In this document: one piece after another, positions 1-13,000 of the stretch
How positions within the stretch are numbered: position 1 is the stretch's first letter
How the letters are laid out: every line of letters begins with the position of its first letter
DNA from: Eutreptiella sp. 'Long Island Sound 2002'
Taxonomy: Eukaryota; Protista; Euglenida
DNA: 64,000 nt
Direction of reading: 5' to 3'
Assembly: GCA_964036045.1 (NCBI GenBank)
Contig: OZ038378.1
Location: 21,886,001 to 21,950,000, forward strand
Made by a program: the position numbers and the translations under genes
The notes under the pieces: model-generated
The model's input: the letters and a program-made list of their open reading frames with translations, nothing else
What the model was told of the DNA's origin: nothing
The model's database searches: none

Positions 1-3000
1 CAACATGGCCCTTGTTGTATCGGAGTCCAACGAGGTGAGGGGGCAACGTGGCTAACTAACCACTGCTATATCAAGGTCCACAAAGAAGGAACGAGCACAC
101 ACAGGTCGCAATCGACAAAAAAAAATCGAGTGCCTTTGGCACCCATGGTCATTGTGGCCCCTAATGGATAAGGTGCCTGGAATTGCCAAGGTGTGTTGAG
201 GTGTAGTCCTCAGACTGAGGAGCCACCGTGCAGATGAGTATAGCTGTGTTTGTGCGTAGATACTCCCCTCCCTAGTCCCTCCTCCAAGGCGAGCCTCAAA
301 ATCTGCTGCAGCTAAGAACTGCACAACGCTCATGCGTAAAATGGCCCTTGCACAAACAATGGCCAAGACATTCAAGGCTGTGGAATAAGGCATTGTCTAT
401 GTGGAACGTCCCCTTGGACAAGGCCAAGCCAATTGGGCTCGGCCAAGCGAGCACTTTAGCCAAAGGGATAAGCTGAACATCATCATAATGCCTATTTAAT
501 GCTTCATTGGGTGGTCGGATGTTGACATACCGCACTTGTGAGCGTTTGTGGGACACCGTTGGTTTTCTGCGTGGTGGTGTCGTGCCAGGTGTTGTATTGT
601 GGTGTGTGGGTGTGTTGCTACTTTTTCCTGTGATTGTGTCATCATTACATGAGTGAACGTCCCTTACGGAATGGCTGGCAAATTGGGCGGCAAATTGGGT
701 TGCAATTGCAGGTATTGCATGCGGGACGGGGTGTCAGTAACTGTATTGGTGTCTGATATTTATGCTCGCTGATGCTGTGAAAAACTCTTTTGTTCAAGAT
801 GTTTTGGGGCTAAGCTTGTGCCCATATGCGTGGTTATTACTGGAATGGCAGTTGGCCACACCTTGCTCTTTATTGTTGCTCTCTCCTTTGACTTTTGCTT
901 TTATTTTTCCTTTGGGTTGTTGGGTGGGCTGTCTGGTGTTACATGGCTAATACATTGTGGCTGCTCTGGGTATGGCTCTGTTCACTTTTGGATGCATCAT
1001 GCTGGGGGCCTTGGCAGGGATTGTTGTGGTTGCGTTTTGGGTGTTGGCCATTGTTGCATGTATGCGTCCCAGGATGGTGGGGCACTGTATGTCTGAGAGA
1101 GTTGTGAGTCCTGCCAACCGGCCCACAGGGATGTACAACATGTAGTTTTGCAGCAACGGTGCAAACATACAACACACAATCACAGATATGTGTCCAGTGC
1201 GACGGCGACCGACCCCAAGTTCAACTCACTGAGTACAATTTGCAGCAAGACGCCATTAGGGGTCCAAACAAATTGTTCGTGATGTACAGCAAGGCGCCCT
1301 CAGATGCCCACACAAATTGCTCCAGACGTCCAGTATGGCCCCGTTAGGCTCTTTCATGGCTTAGGCCAAGCCTCTTGATTAGCACCCATTTGCCTTTCCC
1401 TCCGCGTCTGTCCTGAATCCCTCACTCCCCCACTCCATCCTGCGGGCCACCCACCCCAATGATAGACCGTTGGATAAGGGTGTCTCTTGGCCGTAAAATC
1501 GACGGTGCCCGTCTCTCAGATCAAAACATTCCAGTGCAAACAAGGGCTCTCTTGGACAATGGGGGGCGATCCCATGCACCCAGGCATTCTCAAGGTTAGG
1601 GTAAGGGTGAGGGACACGCGGCGCATGCGTGTGTACAGCGCCAGAACACTTTTACCGATGCTTCATGCCCTTGCAGGCTGATTCTTCTCTGACCCCAGCA
1701 TCCATCCGCACGCCACACGGCAGAGTGGCTGCGACAACAGGGCCAATACAATACCGAACGGCTGCTCCAAAGACGACACTTCACAGCTCTGTGGGCCACA
1801 AATGAACTGCGTATGGAGTGAGCAAGCACCGCAGTCACGCAACCCGCCACTGAGAAACATCACCAAAGGTGAGAGGCCGGATCCAGGGATCCGGACCTTG
1901 TGGCGGCTCGTCGTGGTGCTACTCATTGCCTGCGTGGCGATCCCCCGCTTGCGCTTGAGCGGCCCCCCAGCCCCCCCCCCCAGGGCCTCCATTTGCCGCG
2001 GTACAGCAGAGAACACGGTGCGGTCCGGTGCGGGATGCTGATTCCACAGGGCCACGGGGCCATGAATGGTTGGCAGGGGAGAGCACATGGCCGATTTCAG
2101 CCGGACCTTAATGGTGCCCCCCACACCCAGGCCCGCGATGACCCCCCGACACAACACCCGAGATTCGAGGAATCAGCGCCATGGGATCTTGTCTACGATC
2201 GCCGCACATGTAAGGCCCATGGCTCCACAACGCCGTGTGCCGTTTCCGTGGACTGTGAATTCTGACGCACAGAGAACCCCCCGGGACCTACACCTCCCCA
2301 TTCGGTTGCCGACTTAACCTCAGAAAACCCGTGATGCCTTCGGACAAATAATGGAAGCTTTGGGTATGGAAACACCATTGACGGATGTCTTCGCATCACA
2401 AGAGGCGCCCAAGTTGCAGAAGTGCACAAGGTACTGGCATAAGGGTGACTCGGCATGGGACAAACATTGTAGCGTTTTGGCACACTGTTGCCCAAGCCTA
2501 GAGCCTGCAGCTGCAGCAGGATGTAGTGGCCAAATAGTGTGCCATTCCCCCCTCCGCAGATTGTTGCCATGGAGTCAAAGCCAGGGCTGCACGTTGTGAG
2601 AAATCCACAGTGCTGTCTGTCTAATCATCAAGGTTTATGCAGCACCAGGCCCTGAATCAAAGGGGAGCATGCATTGCAGTGAGGACTGTCATGCAATAGA
2701 GATGGAATGCACCGCAGGCGGCAAGGGGCCGGCTCGTGCTTGAACAGGAGGAGCCGCGGGGGGGGGGGGCGTCCGGGGGCACAAAGGTGAAGAAAATTGG
2801 ACACGAAAACATCTGGAATGGGTTATGGATCCTAGAAGAAGCCCTCTGCTTTGCCAAGGAGTGTGTTGGCTGCGGGGATTGGGAGGGGGGTGGGGGGGCG
2901 GAGGTAACCGTCCTCCTTGACTAGCCGTCAAACCCAAACAAAAAATGGGAACCACGTCCTCCCTCCCCCCCCCGTCACTCCCTCACACAAAGAAATTGCA

Positions 3001-4330
3001 TTCTCACGCAATGCAGTGCCCCTTGTTCAACGTGGATGCCAACAGCGCTGGGTGCAATGAGTCGAAAGCAGTAGGTTGAGCTGGAGCTGGGAGAGGGGCA
3101 TTGAGAGGCTTGCAGTTTTTGAAAACTCTTCCATGCGCATGCCATTCATGATGTACTTGGCTTCCCGATGTGGTTTCCCTTGGCCAATCGGTGAAAGTAG
3201 CCCTGCATAATCGCAGCACTTTCCCATGTGTCCCGCCTCTCGACCCACCACCTGCAGCACCTGAACAGTACTCACACGCCAGGCCCAATGCTCTGCATGC
3301 ACTGGTCCCCCTGGGCTTGGCGGGGCTGGTAATCGACATGGGGACGGGAATTGGACAACCCACCGCCACCACCAAAACAACTACAACGACAACACGGACA
3401 ACTTCCAACTAGTCCCTTCCACAAGGACCTGCAGGCCATGTTTTGTGGTTACGGTAGTCCCCCCCCCCCTCCGCAAAGAAAACAGTGATCTCGTCCCATC
3501 ACATAAAACAAAAGCTGTCACCCACATCCCACGACAGCAGCAGGAACCAACTCAGAAATGGGGTTTGTCCTTTGCTCAGAGTGAGCATGATGGAGCCAGG
3601 CTGCTGGCTCAGCGCCATGGCAGCTGGTGCCACTTTGTCGGCGCCGAATAGTACAGAACTGGGGCAAGAGTGCATGCGTGCGGGCTGAATGCGCTGCTGA
3701 CTGGCAGCAGGAAAACAGAACATCAACTAAGACAGAGAACGGGGTTGCCTGGGATCATCCCCTCGGTGGTGTTCTGACCCACCCCTCCACCACACAAGTG
3801 TCCTGATCCTGTCACACTGCCTCAAAACTTCAGTTATTTGCATAACTTCAGATGGTCTACTGAAGGTCCAACTTCCACCGCCACAGCACAAAGCACAGCA
3901 CTCTTAGGTCAAGAACAATCCCCATCGTCAACCCCCACTCAACTCCACACGGAAGCGTCAGGGCGTGCAGGGAGTCCCCGTGTCGACGTTCTGAGGAGGC
4001 AGCTCACAAAACACTGGGCCACCCAATGGGCATTCCCCCGCCAGGACGGCGCAGGCTACGTCGCAGCAGACATAAGGCCCCACAAAAGATCAGACGGACA
4101 ATGCGACCTCCACAAGAGGACAGTCCATTGCTTTGCACCGGGGCACGAGGCGGGAGTGGGGCACACCTGATGTCCAGGGAACAGGCCCATCCTCCCACAT
4201 CAACAAAAGCTTGGTGGGAAGGAAAACGCAGTCCCCCAAATGGGTCGGAAATGTGAAGCCGATGTGTGCCTCTGTGCACTTGACACCAAGAACGATTCCC
4301 GCCACTCCACCCCCTCCATACCGCCCTTGA

Positions 4331-4471
4331 AACCCTTACTTGCTCGCTTCGCTCGCTCGAGAGACATGCCCCGCAGCACTCCCCCGAGCACCCTGCCTAT
4401 AACCCCCCCCTATAACCATCCCAATCCCACAAACCCTCACTTGCTCACTTCGCTCGCTCAAGAGACATGCC
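4331..4471. repeat. Direct repeat pair, ~40 bp, 101-bp period
   Basis: acttgctcgcttcgctcgctcgagagacatgcc (4338-4370) and acttgctcacttcgctcgctcaagagacatgcc (4439-4471) differ at 2 positions; both are preceded by aaccct. Confidence 0.85.
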
Positions 4472-5952
4472 TCGCCCCCCAAGCATTTCTCCTGCTACTT
4501 CTTCAGGCGCCCGAAGCCACGCACAGCTCCTGCGGGGTCTGACCCCACCTTAAGTCATCGCCTGCTAATGCCAGACTAGTTCTGCATGGTGACGAAATGT
4601 GCCGACCAAAAACTGATCCCACGATGACCAAACAAGAGCTGAAGAACTGCATCGCAGGGTCATTGGGTGCACTGAGGGCCAACCCTTTTGCACGCTGGGC
4701 TGAGGATTCGTAGATTGGGTCATGGTTTGTGAAACTACGACGCCACTATTCCATGGCCTACAGTCAATCTGCGGGGTGGCTGTGCTTTTTTTTTTCGGAG
4801 GGGGGAGGGGTGCTCAGTTGTCCCCGCCTCCTCAACATCTGGTAACCCCTTGACCCATCCACTGGCTGCTGATGAATGGGGGCTCTGAGGCTGCAGTCAC
4901 AATACTCAAGGATTGCCGAGTCGACAAACAGCACAGGGCCAACTGAAGTACGCCAAGAGTTGTGTAGGACGACCACAACTCGGTCTATGCGCCTGAGAAA
5001 AAGCACTTTGGGCACCGGTGCACGTTGCTCCAAACATTCGCGGCGGGGTGTGGGATCGAAATGTTTGTGTTCTGTTGTTGTTGATCGGGGCTATGCAGCC
5101 GGAAGACAGAAAAGAGAAATGGCCACACAACCCCTGCCGTATCGGGGTGGTCAGAAGCACACAGCACCGGCGCTACCATGCCAACAACACGTGACGCACA
5201 TGCATGCATCATGGGTGTTCTTGCAGGTCACCATCAGCAACAAGTTCCTTCTGACACCCGTGGTGCCGATGCTCATGACCAGGACTGGCGCAACGAGGTT
5301 GCCCCAAATCGCTGGGATGAGGGCAGATCGCGCACCTGGACTGAGGAAGCCCCCCCATGCAAATATCTCTGGAATGGGATATCCTGATCTTTATGATATT
5401 GTGGCTTGCGACGGGGAAGCAAAGCACGCAACCACAGATGACCTCAAATCGACTGTTCCCACTCGACCAATGAGGAGTGCTCCACAAAACAACAGGATCC
5501 TCTGAGGGTCCCGCAAATTTTTCGGTGTCAAAAAAAATGTCTATGGGTAGTGGGTGCACTTTGGCATTGCAGGGGTTGGCCATAACATGACAATGCCCGT
5601 CACACGGGGCATCTCAGACTCAAACATCAAAGTGTGCAGAAGGCTATTTGCCCGTATTCACATCCTCTGCAGTAGTGTGGCGAGGACAGGGGAATGAGGG
5701 GCGGCATATAACGCACCGAATGTGCCTGGGCAGAGTTCGCAGAGGACTGCGAGCGTTGTTGCTCAGCATCCCCTGTGCCCAAGCGGCTCGGACACATCGG
5801 GTGACAACCCACCCCGAGCTGATGGCTCCTCAGAGGGGGACTGGCGTGGCCCCTATTCAAGCCACGCCCCCCTACCCCCACCACAAAAAAAACAAGTCTG
5901 GCAGGGAAGCCCTGACCATCGGCAAAACCGGTCAGAATCAGGGCATAGCTTA

Positions 5953-6519
5953 CCCCCTCCCCCCCTTGCGCAAGCACCCTGAAAGTCATCAAAACGACGG
6001 TAACACGGGCTCCCGTGCTTAGACAAGCCCGTGCTTGCGCGTGACGCGGTACCAAAAGAACGTATGTCACCGGAAACCTGCCCATACCTCACCCTAAGCA
6101 CAATCGTCGCAACAGGGCACTACAACACAATGTGCAGGCAAATTTCAGCGATGTATGTATTGTTCACGATGAAAGTCATCACTTCTTCATTGGTTTTCCC
6201 CTTTTTGGCCACCGTCGCAAGGACATGACGGTGGACCGGATGTACGTAACAGCCATGCCAGGTGTAGCAACATGAGCCATGGCTGAAAATCACATCAACA
6301 GGGACATCATTGGGTTGCAATTGCAAGCAGAATGTTGGTATGAGCTGGAGGAACTACCACAAGCATGATCAAGCCCCCATTTCCCTCTACAAGCGAAGCA
6401 CAATCGCATAATTATACATTTCTGACCATGATAACCGTGGTCAGAAAATTCCATCAAAACGACGGTAACACGGGCTCATGTGCTTAGACAAGGCAGTGCT
6501 TGCGCAAGGGGGGGGGGGG
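5953..6519. mobile_element. MITE with poly-C/poly-G-tipped TIRs and TA target-site duplication (Tc1/mariner-type signature)
   Basis: Left TIR ccccctcccccccttgcgcaagcac (5953-5977); right TIR gtgcttgcgcaa plus G12 (6496-6519). TA flanks at 5951-5952 and 6520-6521. An internal 54-bp direct repeat lies at 5987-6040 and 6452-6505. Confidence 0.8.
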
Positions 6520-7457
6520 TAGGAAAAATGTGACAAGTGAACAAAAGTGACTGGCTCTGAATGGAAACCCCCGTGACAACGACCGGGTGTTTGCTCAGTG
6601 ACCCTCGGGGGGGGGGGGGGTCATAGCGGCTGAGTAAATGTGCCGGTTGGTACTCCCGGATGTACGCACTGGTTCGGGTTTTGAGGGGAAATGGTCTTGG
6701 AACTGGCACTGGGGGAAAGTCGTTTCGGGAGGCAGGAGTGGGACACTCTGCTCACAAGTGCTGCTCCTGCCCCTTGGCGTCCCTACCACACCGGCGTCCC
6801 TCCCACGACTGTGAAGTTTGGGGGGTGCTCACCACCACCGATGAGGAAGATGTAACACAGGGCCTGGGCGGTCCCGGATCACCAAGTGGTACCCATCGGC
6901 GGTGCGCTGCATTTCCAGGCATTTGCCGTTGTTGGGGGTGGCCTTGGTGGGGGTCGGGGTAGGGGTCGGGGGAGGCAAGGAGGGGAAGGGCTGTCGTTCA
7001 AAGCTCGGTGGACATACCCAGTCCACCGACTGCGCAAGTCGACAGGTGGATCAGTGGGTGGGTGGGGTACGCGCCCTAAGTGTCAGCCGCCCAGCAGCTG
7101 CTGTCGGCGGATGTGCAACTAGCGTCGGCCGACCATCAACACCGTCGGTTGACGGCCAGTCGCCGTTGATTGACCGCGATCTTGGGCTCTCTGAGCAGCT
7201 GAGTGAAAAACCGGTGCCTCATCCCTCAAGAGCACGTCTGGGCTCACCAATGAGAATCAGACGCCGACGAGGTCATGAAGGAAGGTTAACAACGGGGTGC
7301 AGACTTGAATGCGGGTACACAAGACCAGGGAATCACTTGAAGGAAAGGGTTTCCGAAAGGGCTGTACAGGGGCAGTTAGACAAGCGGTTACTGCGTAGCG
7401 GTATTGGCCAATACCCGTGGCTTGAAACAGAGTCTGATGAACACATGGTGACACTTC

Positions 7458-8475
7458 GGGGGCGTTTTCGCACAGCGCGCGCACAGCGCCAGTTATTACG
7501 GTGTTTACCCCGGTAACAGCCCTGAAAACCTGCCACCTCTAGAAGCATGCATGAGCAATTCAAAAGTCCGAAATTCAAACGTGTCGTGTTCTGAGAATTA
7601 TCCAATGTCCAAAACAATGCAATGTAGACAATAAAATTGTCTTGCGGGTGTTCAAGAACACCAGAAAATATATTAGGGGCTACTCGGGAACATCAATATC
7701 GCAAGTATGCTCATCCATGCAACCTCTACACAAGTAAAGGTCACACGTGGAGCATTCCGATGTGTCCCTTTTGCCACAAACTTGGCAAAGGAAAGTATCC
7801 TCCTCTTCCTCATCAACCTCAGGGGCCTCTTCCTCTGTCCAAATGGAAGAAGGAATGTGCTCCCATGGGCCATAAGGTTGATACCTTTTCTGCCTTCGCA
7901 ACATGAACTGTGAAAAGTGCAAAAGTATGCGTGTGTTGGCATGCAAGTCTTGATGGGACCCCAGCCAAATGTCACGCACTACTCTCCAAGACCAAAGGTG
8001 GGCAAACAAGTGTTCCACCCGTGCCCTATAATACCCATGCACATCATTATATGTTTTCTGCCGCATGGTCAAAGTCTTTCGACCAATGAAAGGGACATGT
8101 GAATGCAATCGCCCCTGGAGTAAGCCGTCGGGCGCAAACCCCACCACTGTGGCAGGAACTCGCATCCCATTGGAGCGAGTGTAGAACACCCTATCTCCAA
8201 CATTAAAGTCCATGGTGAATGCAATAGAGGGTCTGAGAAATGAGAGCAAAAGATGATGCCCCGCAGCAAACACCCTGAGAATGTATCACCATATACCGGC
8301 CTCAGGGTGCCCGTTTGCAAGGGTACATACATGCAAGAAGGGGGAGGGTTGATGCTACAAGGACACACAACGGCAATAGTACCCTGCGGCAATCCTACAC
8401 CCAAAAAACTGCCTACCGGTGGTGGAGAATGGCCTACTTTTCGCACAGCGCGCGCACAGCGCACGGTACGCCCCC
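7458..8475 (-). mobile_element. Non-autonomous (internally deleted) PIF/Harbinger/ISL2EU-like DNA transposon
   Basis: Terminal inverted GGGGGCGT (7458-7465) / ACGCCCCC (8468-8475). 3-bp TSD TTC at 7455-7457 and 8476-8478. Subterminal ttttcgcacagcgcgcgcacagcgc at both ends. Carries a transposase C-terminal fragment. Confidence 0.8.
7680..8213 (-). pseudogene. Truncated DDE_Tnp_4 (Harbinger/ISL2EU-like) transposase C-terminus with Cys/His zinc-finger tail, fused to a short beta-rich N-terminal segment
   Basis: YNDVHGYYRARVEHLFAHLWSWRVVRDIW matches the N..H...R..VEH.F motif around the last catalytic Glu of this family. The tail CQVC..CSTC..C..C..HTC is a zinc-finger pattern. The first two catalytic Asp are absent. 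Confidence 0.65.
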
Positions 8476-8688
8476 TTCGATGACGGCAACCACTGACTCC
8501 ACACCAGGGGACGTGCCCGGCACCTCAAATGACACCTCAAATGCGAAGCTCCCAGAAATGAACCATCTGGAAGCCTCCAGGACGTGACAGCAGGCGTTGT
8601 GTGTCTGTAGCCAAATGCTGTTTTGACATCGGAGGGTGGCTCTGCTGGGAGGTGAGGGCTCCCCCTCCCGCTCTTAAAGCAACTCTCC

Positions 8689-9005
8689 GTACATGACGTC
8701 TGGCAACACGACACCCTACAACATGACGTCTGCAAACATAAAAGATTGAGACACGACATCTTCAGCAATGGCATCTTCAGAGATGCCCAAATGTGGCGAC
8801 TGCACGTGCCGCTTGCGGATCCACGTTGAGCACGTGCTGTTGGTGCCCTTTGACGACAATGCTTGTGGCGGTTGAAAAACGTGGATCCACAGGTATGGAC
8901 ATCACATCCTTTGCCATGACATGTTTAGACATGGCATCTCGGACCATGATATCATGAGACAGGACAGGCTCAGACACGACATCTTCAGACAAACCATCTT
9001 AAGAC
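8689..9005. repeat. Two blocks of degenerate 15-nt periodic repeat (consensus ~AGACACGACATCTTC)
   Basis: Blocks at ~8689-8785 and ~8897-9005 read on + as QHDVC/RHDIF/RHGIS/DHDIM/RQDRL/RQTIL pentads. The two blocks are in different frames. Confidence 0.75.
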
Positions 9006-9915
9006 GTGCACCTCAGAAGATAGCACATGGCAACATGTACATGACATCCATTTGTACTCCCGAGGTTTCGATTTGCGTAGGGGGGGTAAGAAAATCCGTC
9101 AGACAATCCTTGCCCCCCCCCCCCCGAAAAAAAGGTTTTGGCAACCCCCCCCCCCCCCCCCCGAAAGGGGCTCAACACACCAATACCCAACAACCTCCGA
9201 GCCCCCCGAGTACCTGTTGCTCAACGGTGACCGCATGTTGTGCTTGCACACGACCCCGGTAATTTACGGGGAGGGCGGGAGGGGCGGTGGAAGAGGGGGA
9301 GGGAGGGAGGGAGGGAGAGAAGGGGGGACACAGGAAGAGAGGAAGGATGGGCCCAGTCAATTACGCCCCTGGGGAAAAAACTCCTCGAGTGCTTTCGGCG
9401 CCCTCTTCTTCAGGGCCTGCAATGGGGTGGTCACTTCATCCATAAACCCAGACACATCCCCCAGGGCTCATGGGGACGCTACTGGGAGACTTGAAAGACA
9501 GCATCGGGGTGCCCCCTGGAACGCACGGCACCGTGCCCAGGGTGGACAAACTGACTGACCCGGCAGTCCACAACACGCACAAAAAATCCCCGAGCCCAAA
9601 CGCATGGGGAAACGACTGGGCGCCATCCTGGTGTCTGCACGCCGGCTGTGTTGACCCCCCCCCCCCCCCTCACTTGAAAGACCGAGTCCACCTTTGGGCG
9701 GCTGCCCACAGTCGACTTGGTGAACACAGCAACACGTGCCAAGCAAGGCGCTTAAGAGAGGTCGCATAGCTAAGCCGTCATGCACCTGACGCCTGAACTG
9801 GAGTCGCCCGATTCAAATCCCTTAAGCGGGACGGCTGTCCTGGGCGCGAGAGTGTCGGGGACCCCGTGAGGGATAAAGGCTAATTATACGCTGGCGTCCG
9901 CAGATCGCCCAGGCA

Positions 9916-10029
9916 ACCTCACCTCACCTCACCTCACCTCACCTCACCTCACCTCACCTCACCTCACCTCACCTCACCTCACCTCACCTCACCTCACCTC
10001 ACCTCACCTCACCTCACCTCACCTCACCT
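9916..10029. repeat. (ACCTC)n microsatellite, ~23 copies
   Basis: Near-perfect pentanucleotide run starting just 3' of the stop codon of the minus-strand membrane-protein gene. Confidence 0.97.
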
Positions 10030-10045
10030 TCACTAAGGAACGCGC

Positions 10046-13000
10046 TCATGCGTCGTGATCAGGATCATCATCCGCACGCGCTGTCCTCCAGTGGGGGTTG
10101 CAGTCCCCTTGGGCCTGCCCTTGCGCTATTTGCTGCTTGTGCAGAGCCTGCGGCGCCCCAACGGCCCCCGTGGCCGCGACCCACAAGACCAACAGCGTCA
10201 CGAAGTCCCACAGGGGCTGTCGGCCTGGCGAGGCCCCCCACGAGGGCGTCAGAAAGAGGGCCCCATAGGCACAGACAGCGATGGCCCCACACAACCATTT
10301 CACGATCTGGAGGGTGTGCGGCTGCAGTAAGGCCAGGCGCGTGGGCACAACGCCGTAGGTGGGCTTCGCGGGCTGCAGGGCAGGAGGGCACAGGGGGAGC
10401 AGGGGACGGGGATGGACACGCCGAAGGAAAAGCGGGGGCCAAGTGCACAGCACCGGGGGCATGGCCTGTCCAATGAGCTGGTGGAGCCGGGCGTTGGTGC
10501 GGTGGCTGTGGCATCCCGGATCTATGCCTCCGGCCCATCCCTCAGCCCTCCATCTGAGCCCTATGCCTTAGCCCTGTGCCTTGGCTCTATGCCTCAGCCC
10601 TGTGACTCAGTCCGATCCGTCATACACCTCAGCCCTAAGGAATAGTCGTACGCCTCAGCCCTGTGCCTCAGCGCTATGCACGAGCCCTATGCCTCAACCC
10701 TTTGCCGTAGCCCAGTGTCTCAGCCCTGTGCCCTCGGGCCGACGCATAGCGATGAAGCATCGGCGTGAGGCACAGGGCTGAGGCGCAGAGCGAAGGCATA
10801 GGGCTCCCGCATGTGGCCGACACCCAGCCACTTGGAGCAGGGCTGAGGCGGATGTTGCAGCCCCCCCGCCTTGTGTCAGGCTGTGCACTTCTGTCGTTCC
10901 ACCTTTTGTCAGCGCGGTGCCCCCGTTGATATTTCGGACCTGCGCGGACGTTCGAATCCCCTTGAAACTTAGAGGTATCGTGCACCGGCCCTTGTGTTGA
11001 TCAGTTTGAGGTGCGTATTGCGGGTCTTCATCACCTGCAACACCCCCCATTGAGAGTGCCAGACACACCGTAAACACCGTGAATCCTGTCTCGCAATCTG
11101 ACTTGCCCATGCGGTGCCCCCCCCCCCCCCCCTGTACACACACACGATTGCAAACAAACGAGCACAACGCGGCTCAGAATGTCAGATTCCTCGTCAGTTG
11201 GATCGTCAAACAAGAAACATGTTTGACGCCAATAGGCGCCTTTCTGCAGTACAGTGCTGTACACACACACACACACACACACACACACGATGAGAACCGG
11301 GAAACAAGAACAGAGCAAGAAAAGCGGTGAAAGAAAACTCCTTAGAGCCGCAGAGCAGCCCTAGACGTCTTTCGGTTTGTTGATAGAGGCGGCAATGTGC
11401 AGCGCTGGACAGTTGTTTCCCTTGCACCCTGACCTGTCCCGCTGCCCTGACAACCGACCAACAAGATTATCCATGGAGGAGTTCGTGTTCTGGCTGCTTA
11501 ACGCTATGCAATGGGAGAGTTTGGGACAGCGAACATGCAAACATACAGACATGCAGGGACTGAACTACGAAAAACCCTGTGTTAGGTGCCCCCACCCCCC
11601 CCCCCCCACACACACATGGTGCGAGCGGAATGCAGTCTATGGGCAACAAAACGGTGCTGCAGGACAGAGTTGTGGAGGACTGAGGCACTCGCCTGCCTGC
11701 CGCCTCTGACCTCCTGTGGGCTCGCTGTGGCGGGGGTGTGTGCATGCATGTGCGTGAGTGGCCCTGCATGGCGTGTTTGTGCTGGGCAATACCCTGTGGA
11801 GGTGGTAAGGCCCACGGGAATCTCGGCTCGGCAGGTTTTCCCCCGGCGGGTCTGCACTATCCTGGGGCCCTGAGGGCCTACCCGGGGGGGGCAGGGGCTG
11901 CTGGCCCTGGCAAGAGGGGGGGGGGGGGGTCCACTCCACGGCTCATCCACCAAGCCCATTGCAACGCAACAGTGCAGGGTTCCCTTTTGCGGCGGTGTTC
12001 TCGGGGTCTCCAAAGCGGAGAAGAATCAAAGTTGCGACATAACCCCTGCTGCCCACGTTGGGGACGAGGACCCGAAGGTCTCGGCCAAGAGGGCCCTCCG
12101 GTAGGGGGGGGGGGGGACCCTTGGGTTGCCTGAAGCGAGATTCCGATGGGTAAGGGCTTGTCCTACAGCTTCTGGATCTGGGGCTCTGCACGCTCAACTC
12201 CCCTTATGCCACATCTGTGACGCCAGCATAGACAGTTCACAGATATGCAACATGATCAAACGGGGGGCGGACACCTGCATGCGGAAGGTCTTGACGACAT
12301 TGCGGCAGTACAGGGTGGCGGCCACACAGCGTAGCGGCAGCAGCACCGTGGCTAGCACCACACAGGCCCAGTGCTTGCCCATGAGGAAGAAGAAGGAACA
12401 CAACCAGAAGAGGAGGACCCCGACTCCAAGGCGTATGAGCACGCAGTTCTCAATCCCATGAATGGTCAATTTGTAGTACACGGAGGAGTCCACTGGAACA
12501 ACATACCCAAAATTGGTCCCTGGGTTGATGTACAGTAGCAGTAGCAGAGCTCTGTTGTACCAGGCTTCTCGAACACCCGATATGCCCCTTTACAATTAAC
12601 AACAATGCCACAACCGTCAGGAACCCTCCACAACCACCTTCCATCCCTCAATGCCCTCCATAACCCTCGACAACCCCCCGACAACCCTCCACTGCTTTCC
12701 ACAACTCTCCACAACCCCTGAATATGCCCAATATGCACAACCCTCCACAGCCCTCTACCACTCTACCACGCACCAAACATTTCACGCTGTGCACATAGCA
12801 TATGACACAGGCACACTTTACCCATAACGTGCAATGTGAAATTTGCGCAATGTGCAGGTTAGGGTGGTACCCAAGCCCTGAGCTAGGTTCAGACTGAGTT
12901 ACGAATGTATCTGCATATCTCTCGGGGACATTCATAATATGCCAACTTTGTGGGTTTTGGCACTTTTCGGCATTTTCTACAACTTTTGCTTCCATGTGCA

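Noticed and set aside
52-556. Overlapping minus-strand ORFs as a gene or transposase
   Set aside because: No recognisable motif or reliable splice sites, and the region is truncated by the window edge.
10950-10960. GTTCGAATCCC tRNA B-box-like motif (a similar one is at ~9807-9820)
   Set aside because: No upstream A-box, acceptor stem or cloverleaf could be formed.
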